DNA of 64,000 bases from Eledone cirrhosa. Taxonomy: Eukaryota. This document shows positions 42,786 to 56,709 of this stretch, in pieces. The translations under genes and the position numbers were made by a program. The notes beneath the pieces were generated by a model. It ran no database searches and was not told the origin of the DNA. It saw only the letters and a list, made by a program, of their open reading frames with translations. The number at the start of each line of letters is the position of its first letter. Positions within the stretch are counted from its first letter, which is position 1. The stretch is from positions 29,016,001 through 29,080,000 of the forward strand of contig OZ024740.1 of assembly GCA_964016885.1 (NCBI GenBank). Reading direction: 5' to 3'.

Positions 42786-43209
42786 CCTGTCTGGCCCTCT
42801 GGAGAATAGAGGAAATGTGTTTCCTTGAAAACTCGTATGACTCTAAAACCCGGTCCGTCTGTGTGGTTACGTACAGACTAGCTGACACTCACTGTAAAGT
42901 GTCTAGTGAAAAACTCAGTACATGTACATATGTATACATGTGTGTATTTATATGCATACTAATACTTCCGTATACATATGTAGATGTACACTTTAACTTA
43001 ATTGTTTAAGCGTCAGTCATACAAAAGTGAGTTAGAAGCGAAACGAAATTTAATTTCGTTTCGTTATTTGTTTTTATCGTTTCCGCTGAACCGGTGCGTA
43101 CAATGACTCACGTTCTATGCAAATTAGTCTACCCACTACTAATTTTCATGGAAAAAGCATATAACGATATGTGCTTTTACAATTCTCCAGAGAAGTCGGA
43201 AGATGGGTA

Positions 43210-43254
43210 AATATTGCTGATGAGATGTAATAACATCGAAACTAGTCCAATATT
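43210..43254 (+). ncRNA. Minimal type I hammerhead ribozyme (family D), predicted cleavage after 43247
   Basis: Identical to 42741-42785. Confidence 0.92.
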
Positions 43255-43651
43255 CCTGTCTGGCCCTCTGGAGAATAGAGGAAATGTGTTTCCTTGAAAA
43301 CTCGTATGACTCTAAAACCCGGTTCGTCTGTGTGGTTACGTACAGACTAGCTGACACTCACTGTAAAGTGTCTAGTGAAAAACTCAGTACATGTACATAT
43401 GTATACATGTGTGTATTTATATGCATACTAATACTTCCGTATACATATGTAGATGTACACTTTAACTTAATTGTTTAAGCGTCAGTCATACAAAAGTGAG
43501 TTAGAAGCGAAACGAAATTTAATTTCGTTTCGTTATTTGTTTTTATATATATATATATATATATATATAGTTGTCTATAATGGTAGCTAAGGTGCTTCCA
43601 TAGGCGGTATGCCAAAATTAGCACACGATATTCATCACAGTAGAGTGTAGA

Positions 43652-44810
<1,159 letters not shown>

Positions 44811-45124
44811 CACGCCTTCACTCAGTCTATATTTCTTTCACACACACACAAAATATGTTGTCACTTATCTCATGTCTTCGAGGTTTCGCCTGTAGTCGTT
44901 TAATTAGTATACATATGTATATATATATATATGTGAGGATGGTGATTTTTAAAACCCTACAGGACAAAAAACAAAACCTGACAAAGGGCGGAAGAAACCC
45001 ATAAGAGTCAACGGGCATCCAAAGTGTGTAAATACGTATATAGACATGTACATGTGTAAATATGTATGTATATGTGTATATACATGGGTACATGTGTATG
45101 TATATGCGCGAGGACATAGAAATA

Positions 45125-45390
45125 GTCGAGCTGGATACCCAATCGAACGGTTAAATCAGGGGAGTGAAGGACCCCTAGCCTTTGTCAGGGCATTCTTCTA
45201 GGAGAAGGCACCTCAGGAAACTGGGATAACTCCGATATAAAACCTGCGGCTCAGTAGTTACCGATTATGTTGATCTTTTCTTCTTTTCGGGTTATAGCTA
45301 CTGTCGCTCAGAGAGTGAGATTGGCTCAGTGCACAGTCTTTCCTCACCTTAAAAAATATCTTCAAGCACAGGCATTGCACGATAGAATTA
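45125..45390 (+). mobile_element. Probable RTE-type 5'UTR-derived repeat
   Basis: cccctagcctttgtcagggc..ctaggagaagg, similar to the reverse complement of 21540-21580. Confidence 0.45.
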
Positions 45391-45624
45391 ATTAATAATT
45401 ATTAATAATGGTATATCGTGCAATGACCATACTCGATAACGAGGGGGCAGAGAGAGAAAGAGAGAGAGAGAGGGCGATGGGGGCAGAGAGAGAGAGAGAG
45501 AGAGAGCAAGAGGGAAAGTGAGAGAGAGAGAAAGTGAATTGTTGGAAAGAGAGGGGTATGTAGATATATATGTCTATTTATATACCATTCTCTCTCCATA
45601 TATATATAATATATATATATATAT

Positions 45625-46394
45625 ATTTCGTTTCTGAATTTGTTTAGCAAGATTTTTATCTGAAAACGTGTGTTGAAACAGATACTGTTATACTTTGGGA
45701 GGGTCATGTTGCCAATAAGAAACACACACAGCAGTTGCTTTCACTTCAATTTATTATAAATTTAATTTATAAATTTAGGAATTTATAAATTTCCGGTTGG
45801 TTGGTTGGTTCCACAACCAGACGATTGTTCATATATTGTCAAAGTTGTGAGTGTTGTGTGCTTACATCCGGGTGTCTGTGTGTGTTTTTATTTGTTTATT
45901 TATTTGTTTATTTACATGTTACTAGTTAGTTGTTTGTTCTATGTATGTATTTTCATTTTGTCCTCGATTATAAGTTGTGATGTTGCTATTCCATTCATGT
46001 TTTCTATTTAATTTTGGTTGGAGTTCATTTATATTTATTGCCTCTGTGATTTGTCTAAACATTGCGTCTTTTCTGTGTGTAGATTTTATTTTTATCTCTA
46101 TGTTCTCTAATTTGCCCTTATGTTGTATTTTAGCATGTTGGTGGAGTATTGATGAGTCTTTTCTATCTTGGAGTTCTCGCCAGTGTTCATTTAATCGTTC
46201 TCCTATGCTACGAGCTGACTCACCTATGTACATTATATTCTTATTTTTACATTGTCCCTCAGTACATCTTATGCTATATACTATGTTTGTAATTTTACAT
46301 TTAATATGGGGACTTAGCTTACAGATTATGCATTTCCTATCTATACAGGGAGGTCTTTTCAGATAAAGAATCTTGCTAAACAAATTCAGAAACG

Positions 46395-46400
<6 letters not shown>
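45625..46400 (-). mobile_element. Penelope-like 3' fragment with short inverted terminal copy
   Basis: CIICK..NIVYSIRC..YIGESARS..EH in ORF 45922-46551; 46355-46400 inverts 45625-45665; same family as 13350-16425. Confidence 0.85.
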
Positions 46401-46435
<35 letters not shown>

Positions 46436-46504
46436 TATATATATATACACACACACACATATATATATATATACACGCACACATATATATACACACACAC
46501 ATAA

Positions 46505-46690
46505 GTTATCCCGGGCTCGATCGAGGTAACCACAATGAGTAAGGTACTCAATACAAAGCAGAGTATAAATGTTTAATATAGAAAAGCTTCTACAGGATTA
46601 GAACTGTTTCATTCTTGAGAAATCATAAGGAAGCGCTGATGATTTCTCAAGAATGAAACAGTTCTAGTCCCGTAGAAGCTTTTCTACATA
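46505..46690. mobile_element. Fold-back family B element (hammerheads 46586-46634 minus; 46636-46679 plus)
   Basis: CTGATGA-tttctcaagaat-GAAA-cagttctagtcccg-TA-gaagc and mirror copy. Confidence 0.85.
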
Positions 46691-46737
46691 TATATATATA
46701 TATGTGTGTGTTTGTGGGTGTGTGTGTGGGTGGGTGT

Positions 46738-46829
<92 letters not shown>

Positions 46830-47097
46830 GTATGTATATAAGTACGCTTAAATTTGGTGGTTAACCACTGGGTAGAACTGGCCGTTCTGCAATGTTAACC
46901 ACAACGTAATACGAGAAAAGCATTCGACGTTATGCAACTCATCCATCTTTAATGTTGGATCACGTTGGTGGTGCGGAAAACGCAGTAAATGTATTATAAA
47001 GGGAAATAACAGGAAGCCAAAAATGTGGAATTTCCTTAATTATTTATCCCTGCAAACACCATGCACACTTCAGTGGACACGTTGCGTAAGAACCCAG

Positions 47098-47178
<81 letters not shown>

Positions 47179-47209
47179 TATATATATATATATATATATA
47201 CATATATAT

Positions 47210-48872
47210 GAGAGTATTGAATTTGCTTGAAGCATTGTGGAATAATAAGGTAAATTTGTTTAAGTCGTTTGGAAGCCTCGACATTGCAGATTGGTAAATC
47301 TCCGAGTAACAAGATCCGATGATGGAGAGTGAGATATAAGTGGGTGTACGTTGAGATGCGTGGGTGTATAAGACTGTAGCGTGTAGAGGAATGAAGGAAA
47401 GAGCGTCGAGAAAGAGTTACCATGGGAGAGATTTAATTGTCCCTATACATTTCGGATTGACATCCATCAACTGGGGTTTTTTCAGGGGGGGAAGGTTGTC
47501 TGTCGGAAAGGTGCGAAACGTGTCCTCTGCTGTTCGTTGTTTTGAATATCTGAGGTATTCAGCAGAGCGCGCGTGTGCGTGAAATGGGGTCGGTCAGGCA
47601 GAGGTCAGCGGCCGTAGTAGTTCTTTCAATTGTGGGAGTGGGGTGGCGCTAGCTGCCAGTCCATTCTCTGCCTGTTGAGTGAATGTTACTGTGTGTGTCT
47701 GCGTGTGTTGTTGTCTCGCTTGAGTGTGTGTGTGTGTGTGTGCGTGTGTTGTTGCGTTGTTCCTCTGTATTGGCAGTGAAGTATGTTCGTATGGTGGAAT
47801 TATACTGTGTGTGTGTGTGCGTGAGTTGCTGTCTCGCTTGTGTGTGTGTGTGCGTGTGTTGCTGCATCGTTTGTTAACTTAAACCAACCACCTCATTTCG
47901 CTTCTCTCGGATTGGTCGTTTAATTGTGGCCCTAGGCGTTTGATCCAAAGTGCTTCATTGATACGTAACGTGCCGACGTTTCTTTCTGTCGCTAGTATTG
48001 TGAGAATGGGCCTTCCGTCTTTGTTTCCGCATTTGGCTATGTGTTTCCGGAAAGACGAGGCCCTGGTGTTAGTGTGTTCCTTGATCCGGATGTGCAACGG
48101 CCGGATTGTGCTACCTATATAGTATTGGTTGCACTTGTTACATTCTATCTTATACCCGACGTATGTGCGTAGGCAACAGTTCGCATGGCGCATCGGGCAG
48201 TCTCTGAGGGAGCACGCGTCAGTTGATTTCCCGGGTTTCCTGAAGAGACATCTTCGCAGGGAGGGGCCCGAGTGGGCCAGGTGGATGTCGAGGCCCTCCC
48301 TCCGTATAGCCTTGCGGATAGCGTTGGTGGTATTCTCTCCCAGGTGTGGCATTTTAAAGAAGCACTTGCCTTGGGTGCCTCGCTGTCTCTTGTGTCTGGT
48401 GTCTGCTACTCTGTCTGTGAGCGAGGTAGGGTACCCGTTCGTCTCCAGCACCTCGAGGAATCGCTTGGTATGAGTGACACCACTCGCGGGATCACTGCAT
48501 CTGTTTTTTGATTCGCGCGATCTCGTTCGTGATGTATCCTCTTTTGGCACTGTTAGGGAGGGCGGACTTGCAGTGGACGAACAGGTCCCTGCAGGCTGCC
48601 TTTCGGTAGAAGTTGCAGTGGATCCCTCCCTGTTCCGTGATGTTGATTCGGAAGTGGAGGGGGGCAAGTGACCCGTCGTCGTTGGGGTGTTCAACACTGA
48701 AGTCAATGTTCTCTTCCGTGTTGTTGAACGTCTCATAGATTCTGTTCGCCATGTCTTGGGAAGATGTGAGGATGAGGATATCGTCCACGTACCTTGAGAA
48801 AAAGGCGACGGCGTTGGGGTGGCAGGCGTTGAGTGCCTTGCGCTCGAGGTTGTCCATGTAAGAGATAGCTAG

Positions 48873-48875
<3 letters not shown>
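47210..48875 (-). mobile_element. Penelope-like element, 5' truncated (RT C-terminal part + GIY-YIG, frameshifted)
   Basis: LAISYMDNLE..FFSRYVDDILIL..FYRK (48492-48875); YKIECNKCNQYYIGSTIRPLHIRIKEH..EALWIK..PQLN (47879-48470). Confidence 0.85.
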
Positions 48876-48917
<42 letters not shown>

Positions 48918-48920
<3 letters not shown>

Positions 48921-49108
48921 CGAAGGAAATGTGGAAAGGAACCAGGTGGACCATAACGCACCAAAGTACTCAATACTTAAGGTAGTAGAGTGGGTAATAG
49001 GAACAAGTAAGACCCCGACGGCTGAGCTCAAGCCGTTTCGACGGCTAATTCTGTACAGAATTATCCGTCGAAACGGCTTGAGCTCAGCCGTCGGGGTCTT
49101 ACTTGTTC

Positions 49109-49110
<2 letters not shown>
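48918..49110. mobile_element. Fold-back family C element
   Basis: gaccccgacggctgagctcaagccgtttcgacgg.taattctg ta cagaatta.ccgtcgaaacggcttgagctcagccgtcggggtc. Confidence 0.85.
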
Positions 49111-49157
<47 letters not shown>

Positions 49158-49289
49158 TGTATGTGTGTAAGGAGATATGGTCAAACTTTGGCCTTGAATC
49201 CTTTGGTACCGCTTTTGTTTGTGTATGAACATAAATATTATATATGTGGGCGGGGGGTTGTGTATAAATATGCATATACATATATATTA

Positions 49290-49341
<52 letters not shown>

Positions 49342-49390
49342 AACCAGTAAGACCCCGACGGTCGTCAGAATGAAAATTTATTTTTAAAAT

Positions 49391-49463
49391 TTTCATTCTG
49401 ACGACCGAAGTCAGACGTCTGTGTCAGGCTCGTCTGACTTCGTGAAACCTTTGGTAAATGAAA
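49391..49463 (+). ncRNA. Type I hammerhead ribozyme (family E) with long stem II
   Basis: tttcatt-CTGACGA-c cgaagtcagacg..cgtctgacttcg t-GAAA-cc ttt gg-TA-aatgaaa; preceded by a short inverted copy of its 5' end (49361-49378). Confidence 0.88.
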
Positions 49464-49569
49464 TAATTATCTCATGTTGTTTATTACATAAATATATATA
49501 TATATATTTGTTTGTTTCGGACCTGGATGTGTTGGGTCGACGACATTGTCTGTGTTTATGACAGTGCAT

Positions 49570-49920
49570 TTGTGTGTGTGTGTTTGCGTGAGTCTGTGTC
49601 TGTATCTATGTGTGTGTGTGTGACTGTATGTGTGTGCATGTGTTTGTGTCCATCTGTATGTGTGAGTGTGTGTGTGTCTGTGTGCGTGACTGTATGTGTG
49701 TGTGCATGTGTTTGTGTCTGTGCGTTTGTCTGTGTCTGTGAGTGTCTGTTCCTGTGTCTCTGTATGTGCATCCATCTGTATGTGACTGTATGTGTCTATC
49801 TGTATGTGACTGTATGTGTGTCCATCTGTATGTGACTGTATGTGTGTCCATCTATATGTGACTGTATGTGTCCATCTGTATGTGACTCTATGTGTCCATC
49901 TGTATGTGACTGTATGTGAC
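49570..49920. repeat. (TG)-rich microsatellite grading into a ~24-bp minisatellite (tccatctgtatgtgactgtatgtg)
   Basis: Direct reading. Confidence 0.85.
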
Positions 49921-49964
49921 TGGATTTGTCCCATACGCCACAGCAGTTGTTCTGCATAGTTCGA

Positions 49965-50480
49965 CAGGTCGCTTACGCCCGGTCAGTGTACAATTGCGTG
50001 CAAGACGGTTTCAATGTTCTGCTCGCATCTTGGACACGTCTTCTTGGAAGGATCCCTGCCGGGGCGTCCGTGCCTGTAGATATTATCTCGAACGGGTAGA
50101 GCTCCTCGGTAACACTGCCAGGCCAGGGACCTCTGGAAGTTGTCCATAGGTCCCGGGTGGAAAGTTCTACCGAACAGACTGGTGAGCTCGTCGTCTTCGA
50201 CGCCCAGGGTCTCCCCGAGCACGTCATCGCACTTGTAAAGTACTAACCCTCTATAGAATGTCGAAGTGGAGTCTCCACTAATTGCTGTGCCCGCTTGACA
50301 GAGGACTGTGAGCGTCTGGGCGTATTCAATGTGCCAGGCGCCCATCTTCTTCGGTCTTCGCTTGACCCAGGACTACAGCTCCGTCAGCGAGGTAAGTTGT
50401 GGGAAGGCCTGTCTCACAAACGGTGCCCACACCGGTTGGTCGGTGAGGAATATCTGAAGATGCCGTAGCCTATCTACCTC
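49965..50480 (-). pseudogene. Tx1/L1-like LINE C-terminal (zf-RVT-like) fragment
   Basis: LAWQCYRGALPVRD..CPRCEQNIETVLHAIVH. Confidence 0.6.
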
Positions 50481-50488
50481 CCTATCAA

Positions 50489-50543
<55 letters not shown>

Positions 50544-50544
50544 G

Positions 50545-50663
50545 ATAATAATAATGAAATTATTGTGTACAGTGCTCAGGTGCACTACAACTCATCAAAG
50601 GTGCATGTATAGTACATAGAATAATGTACAAATGTCAGGAAAATGAACAGTGTATGAGTCATG

Positions 50664-50720
<57 letters not shown>

Positions 50721-51265
50721 AATATTGTGTACAGTGCCCAGGTGCACCACAACTCATCAAAAAGTGCATGTACAGTACATAGGGCAATGCACAAACATCA
50801 GGAAAATGAACAGTGCACGAGTCATGATACACACATGTGTGCATGTGTATGGACGGGATACATCAGGTGTAGTTTTGGCGTATTTCGGGAAGCATGAGTG
50901 TCTTAAAGGATGCAGTGTCTCGGCAGCTAACAACTGACGCAGGTAGTTTGTTCCATGGAGGCCTTAAAGGATGCAGTCTCTCGACAGCTAACAACTGACG
51001 CAAGCAGTTTGTTCCATGCTTCAGCAACTCTGAGCGTGAAAAAATGTCTACGAAAGTCATGGGAGCTGAGGTGTTTTCTGATTTTGTAGGCATGTCCACG
51101 TGTGTTAGACACATGTAGATCAAAAAGGTGCTCAGGGTTGCAATTGGCGAGATGGTTAATAACTTTGAGGGTGTTTACCAAGTCCATTGCCAGACGTCGG
51201 AGCTTCAATGAATCCATGCCCAGGGAAGCAAGGCGTTCAGAGTATGGTAGGTGTCTGATGGAGGC
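50545..51265 (-). mobile_element. CR1/L2-group LINE 3' end with duplicated 3'UTR and (TTA)n tails
   Basis: [45 protein letters not shown]; UTR block repeated at 50555-50665 and 50718-50830. Confidence 0.8.
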
Positions 51266-51276
51266 TATATATATAT

Positions 51277-51357
<81 letters not shown>

Positions 51358-51361
<4 letters not shown>

Positions 51362-51566
51362 AACCGGTAAGACCCCGACGGCTGAGCTCAAGCCGTTTCG
51401 ACGGCTAATTCTGGACAGACGGCTAATTGAGTCCAGAATTAGCCGTCGAAACGGCTTGAGCTCAGCCGTCGGGGTCTTACCGTTTCCTATTACCCACTCT
51501 ACTACCCCAAGTATTGAGTACTTTGGTGCGTTATGGTCCACCTGGTTCCTTACCACATTTCCTTCG

Positions 51567-51568
<2 letters not shown>
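51358..51568. mobile_element. Fold-back family C element
   Basis: Inverted arms with junction inside the predicted stem II (~51400-51435). Confidence 0.85.
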
Positions 51569-51606
<38 letters not shown>

Positions 51607-51625
51607 GTTTATAGATATATAAAAT

Positions 51626-51692
<67 letters not shown>

Positions 51693-52389
51693 TAGAAGGG
51701 ATATTCAATTTGTTGGTAATTCTACAAATATAAATGTTTATAACTGATTCAGAGCACTCGACAGACTTCTGGAGTAAATATTCAATGATATTAAATAAAT
51801 GGAAACAATATTTATGAAACCACATTTATTCTATTATATATATTTCAAGGGTACCAAAACTTTGGTATGCTAACATCAGATAAAATACAAAGAGTGTTTT
51901 ATAAATTCCATTGGGTATTCAATATATATATATGTGTGTGTGTGTGTGGGTGTGTGGCAGGGCCCCAGCATGGTCTCAGTCGGATGTCTGGAACAGGTAA
52001 ATGAGTAATAGAGTATATATATACTTGACCCCTCTCCATCCATACACACACCGACTTACACCCCACCCATGTACACACCGGTTTCCCTATTACTTGAATA
52101 TGGAACCTCGTTATTCCCCCAATTCTCACATTCACATCCACATCCACACACACACACGTACACCTACACACACACCACCTTCAGCCCCCCCCCCCCCCGC
52201 TCGGACCCCACGTCTCCCCCGCCCCTCTCCACCCCCTTCAATCCACCACCACCCCTACACGCCTCACACCCTTTCACCACTTGCCTCTTTTTATTTTTTT
52301 ACTCACCACCAAAAAGATTCCTTTTCCTTCCGTTTCTCTCCCCCACTCTCCCACACACCCTCGGAACTCTCTTCCTGCCCACTTTTCTC

Positions 52390-52417
52390 CTGATGAAGGG
52401 CTTATGCCCGAAACGTC
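52390..52417 (+). ncRNA. Truncated minimal hammerhead of PLE type (family J)
   Basis: CTGATGA-a gggc ttat gccc-GAAA-cg-TC; 3' strand of stem I absent. Confidence 0.6.
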
Positions 52418-52446
52418 GTCCCCCACCCACTCTCAAGCGTGAAACT

Positions 52447-52635
52447 AATAATTGTTTCTACTTTTGGCACAAGGCCAGCACATACCAGTACATTACTGGT
52501 ACTTTATTTTATCGACCCCGTAAGGATGAAAGGCAAAGTTAACCTCGGCGGGATTTGAACTCAGAATGGCAAGGGCCGTAACTCTATGCGTCAAAGCACG
52601 TCGTTCGACCCTCTACCGATTACTGCCAATCTACA
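52447..52635 (-). mobile_element. tRNA-derived SINE
   Basis: Reverse complement of the 27510-type SINE. Confidence 0.85.
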
Positions 52636-52709
52636 TTTGTACTGCCTCTTCGCTTTCACGTTTTGGGGTTTTCTGTTTACTGTCTCAATTTAAAATATAT
52701 ATATATATA

Positions 52710-53150
52710 TACAATATATTAACAAATGGAAACTATATTTATAAAACCATATTTATTTCATCATACAAATTTCGAGAACACCAAAGCAAATTATGGTGCG
52801 CTTTCATCAAATAAAATATAATATAGATCAGTTTTATAAACAAATATTGACATACCATTAAATAATGCAACCATGTCGGGAGCTTACAACCGAGATGGTT
52901 GCATTCTTTAATGGTATGTCAATATTTGTTTATAAAACTGATCTATATTATGTTTTATGCGATGAAAGCGCACCATAATTTGCTTTGGTGTCCTCGAAAT
53001 ATGTATAATGAAATAAATATGGTTTTATAAATATAGTTTCCATTTGTTAATATATTGTATTTTTACTCCAAAAATTTGTTGAGTGCTTTATATCAGTTAT
53101 AAAAGTATTTGCTTGTTGTATCCCAACAAATTAAATATAACTTCTACATA
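52710..53150. mobile_element. Fold-back family F-related element with decayed hammerheads
   Basis: ~170-bp inverted arms about ~52885; gcgatgaaagcgcacca..tggtgtcctcGAAAtatgtaTAatgaaat. Confidence 0.8.
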
Positions 53151-53167
53151 TATATATATATACATAT

Positions 53168-53357
53168 AGGAAAAAGTATGACCCCAACGGCAGAGCTCAA
53201 GCCGTTTCGACGGCTATTTGAGTTCAGAAATAGCCGTCGAAACTGCTTGAGCTCTACCGTCAGGGTCATACTTTTTCCTATTTCACACTCTACTACCCTA
53301 AGTATTGAGTACTCTGCTGCGTTATGGTCCATCTGGTTCCTTACCACAACTCCTTTG

Positions 53358-53418
<61 letters not shown>

Positions 53419-53523
53419 CGAGTAAGACCCCGACGGCTGAGCTCAAGCCGTTTCGACGGCTAATTCTGGACTGAGTACTTTGGTGTGTTATGGTCCATCT
53501 GGTTCCTTACCACATTTCCTTCG

Positions 53524-53525
<2 letters not shown>
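53168..53525. mobile_element. Two family C elements (fold-back and rearranged) separated by (TA)n
   Basis: gacccc.acggc.gagctcaagccgtttcgacggcta arms and shared tail gagtact..ttatggtccatctggttccttaccaca. Confidence 0.85.
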
Positions 53526-53621
<96 letters not shown>

Positions 53622-53697
53622 ATTAAAATACCGGAGCGTGTTGGAGTTAAACACCCTCTTCGTATTATAGAAATGACAGTAAAAGGTAATATATATA

Positions 53698-53962
53698 TAT
53701 ATAATTGAATAAACAAGAGAGATGAACACTAATATAAACATACATGTGTTCGAATTGTAAGGACTAACATTTGCTAGGGTGAGAAAATACTAACTAAGGT
53801 CTGTTATTTTTCTTAATTTTTCTTAATTTAATATTTAAAGTTAAGTATAACAAACTATATTGCTGTAGTCAGTATTTTTTAACCCTAGCAAATTTTAGTC
53901 CTTACGATTCGAACACATGTATGTTTATATTAGTGTTAATCTCTCTTGTTTATTCAATTATA
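53698..53962. repeat. Fold-back element, ~100-bp inverted arms (family L)
   Basis: ataattgaataaacaagagagat..ttgctagggt versus accctagcaa..atctctcttgtttattcaattat. Confidence 0.8.
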
Positions 53963-54044
53963 TTGTACGGCTCGGAAAAGCTTTTTCCTTGGAGCTATTT
54001 AATTGTAAGGGACTACCCTGAGTTCTTAACTCAATATATATATA

Positions 54045-54238
54045 TAGGAAAAAGTATGACCCCGACGGCAGAGCTCAAGCCATTTCGACGGCTGTTTCTG
54101 GAGTCCAGAAATAGCCGTCGAAACGGCTTGAGCTCTGCCGTCGGAGTCATACTTTTTCCTATTTCCCACTCTACTACCCTAAGTATTGAGTACTCTGCTG
54201 CGTTATGGTCCATCTGGTTCTTTACCACAACTCCTTTG

Positions 54239-54240
<2 letters not shown>
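54045..54240. mobile_element. Fold-back family C element
   Basis: Arms meet at tttctgga g tccagaaa (~54102), the predicted stem II. Confidence 0.85.
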
Positions 54241-54314
<74 letters not shown>

Positions 54315-54357
54315 GTATATATATATTATATATATTCAATATATATATATAGTTATA

Positions 54358-54795
54358 TACAATATTAAATAAATGGAAAACTATATTTATAAAACCATAT
54401 TTATTTCATTATATATATTTCGGGGATATCATATTAACAATATGCTATGCCTTCATCAGACAAAATACAATATAAACAGTTTTATAGATAAATATATTCG
54501 ACATACCGTAATAAACATCATAGAGTGAACCTCTTCAAATGAAGTTGATGTTTATTACGGTATGTCGAATATATTTATCTATAAAACTGTTTATATTGTA
54601 TTTTGTCTGATGAAGGCATAGCATATTGTTAATATGATATCCCCGAAATATATATAATGAAATAAATATGGTTTTATAAATATAGTTTTCCATTTATTTA
54701 ATATTGTAAATATACTCCAAGTATTTGTCGAGTGCTTTTATATCAGTTATAAATATTTACTAGTTGTAACCCAACAATTTTAAATATAACTTTAC
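54358..54795. mobile_element. Fold-back family F element with two inverted hammerheads (54403-54466 minus; 54600-54663 plus)
   Basis: ~160-bp near-perfect inverted arms; attttgt-CTGATGA..GAAA-tatata-TA-atgaaat. Confidence 0.88.
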
Positions 54796-55164
54796 ATATA
54801 TAGTTATATATGTATGTATGTATGTATGCAAAGGTGCTTGCGTGCATGTTTGTGTGTGTATGTGTGTGTGTCTGTGTGTGTACCGAAATACATACACAAC
54901 TTATATACATACACGCATAGAAGCACTGAGACAGACAGACAGACAGAGTGAGAGGCTTACTGAGGTCCAACAGATGTATGACACAGGTAGTAGAGAGAGA
55001 GGGTGGTAGTAGGAGGAGGCGACACAGTGGAGGCTATGCAAATAAGGATGAGACAGAGTGAGGGTGGAGTTAGAGTTTCTCATCATTTACCGCCAGGTGG
55101 CGTTGGTGATACCACTATGGTTTAATAGTGGTAGAAGTTGGAAAGAACAGGTGGAAGTGATAAA

Positions 55165-56550
55165 GTTCGTGGTGGTGGTGGTGGTGGTGGTGGTGGTGGT
55201 GGTGGTATGGTGGTAGTGGTATGGTGGTGGTGGTGGCGGTGGTGGTGGTGCTGGAGGTGGTGGTGTTGGTGGCGGTGGTTGTGGTATGGTGGTAGTGGTA
55301 TGGTGGTGGTGGTGGCGGTGGTGGTGGTGCTGGAGGTGGTGGTGTTGGTGGCGGTGGTGGTGGTGGTGGTGGTGGTGGTAGTGGTGGTGGTGGTGGTGGT
55401 GCTAGTGGTGATGGTGGTAGTGGTGGTGGTGGTGGTGGTGGTGGTGATGGTGGTGGTGGTGATGGTGGTGGTGTTGGTGGTGGTGGTGGTGCTAGTGGTG
55501 GTGGTGGTGGTGGTGGTGGTGGTGGTAGTGGTATGGTGGTGGTATGGTGGTAGTGGTATGGTGGTGGTGGTGGCGGTGGTGGTGGTGCTGGAGGTGGTGG
55601 TGTTGGTGGCGGTGGTGGTGGTGGTGGTGGTAGTGGTATGGTGGTAGTGGTATGGTGGTGGTGGTGGCGGTGGTGGTGGTGCTGGAGGTGGTGGTGTTGG
55701 TGGTGGTGGTGGTGGTGGTGGTAGTGGTATGGTGGTGGTGGTGGTGGCTGTGGTGGTGGTGGTATGGTGGTAGTGGTATGGTGGTGGTGGTGGTGGCGGT
55801 GGTGTGGTAGTGGTGGTGGCGGTGGTGGTGGTGGTGGTGGTGGTAGTGGTATGGTGGTAGTGGTATGGTATGGTGGTGGTGGTGGCGGTGGTGGTGGTGG
55901 TATGGTGGTAGTGGTATGGTGGTGGTGGTGGTGGTGTCGGTGGTGGTGGTGGTGGTGGTGGTGGTGGTAGTGGTATGGTGGTAGTGGTATGGTGGTGGTG
56001 GTGTGGTAGTGGTGGTGGCGGTGGTGGTGGTGGTGGTGGTGGTAGTCGTATGGTGGTAGTGGTATGGTGGTAGTGGTATGGTGGTGGTTGTGGCGGTGGT
56101 GGTGGTGGTAGTGGTATGGTGGTAGTGGTATGGTGGTGATGGTGGTGGTGGTATGGTGGTGGTGGTGGTGGTGTGGTAGTGGTGGTGGCGGTGGTGGTCG
56201 TGGTAGTGGTATGGTGGTAGTGGTATGGTGGTGGTGGTGGTATGGTGGTGGTGGTGGTGGTGGTGTTGGCGGTGGGTGTGTGGTAGTAGTGGTGGCGGTG
56301 GTGGTGTGGTAGTGGTGGTGGCGGTCATGGTAGTAGTATGGTGGTGGTGGTGGTAGTGGTATGGTGGTGGTGGTGGTGTGGTAGTGGGGGTGGGTATGGT
56401 AGTGGTGGTAGTGAGAGTGGCGGTGGTGTGGTAGTGGTATGGTGGTGGTGGTGGTGGTGGTGGTAGTGGTATGGTGGTGGTGGTGGTGGTGGTGGTAGTG
56501 GTATGGCGGTGGTGGTGGTAGTGAGCGTGGTGTGGTAGTGGTGGTGGGCG
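55165..56550. repeat. (GGT)n-derived compound microsatellite
   Basis: Direct reading. Confidence 0.95.
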
Positions 56551-56709
56551 TGACGAGTTATCGTGTTATTACTGTTGCTGTTGTTCGTGGTTGTAGAGGC
56601 GGTGGTGGTAATGATCGTGTAGTTAATAGTATAGCAGTGTTGTTGTTGTGGTGGTGGTGGTAGTGGTGGTGGTGGTTTTACTATTGGTAGGTGAAGTACT
56701 AATAATAGC

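Larger units (their letters stand above)
41934..43545 (+). mobile_element. Retrozyme-like tandem array: 469-bp unit x~2.6 (42310-43545) with 5' inverted arm (41934-42290)
   Basis: Near-identical units with period 469; one canonical hammerhead per full unit; flanked by (TA)n; no meaningful coding capacity. Confidence 0.9.

Noticed and set aside
42049-43478. Repeated 64-72 aa ORFs in the tandem array
   Set aside because: Short, on both strands, no motif; repetition merely reflects the tandem unit
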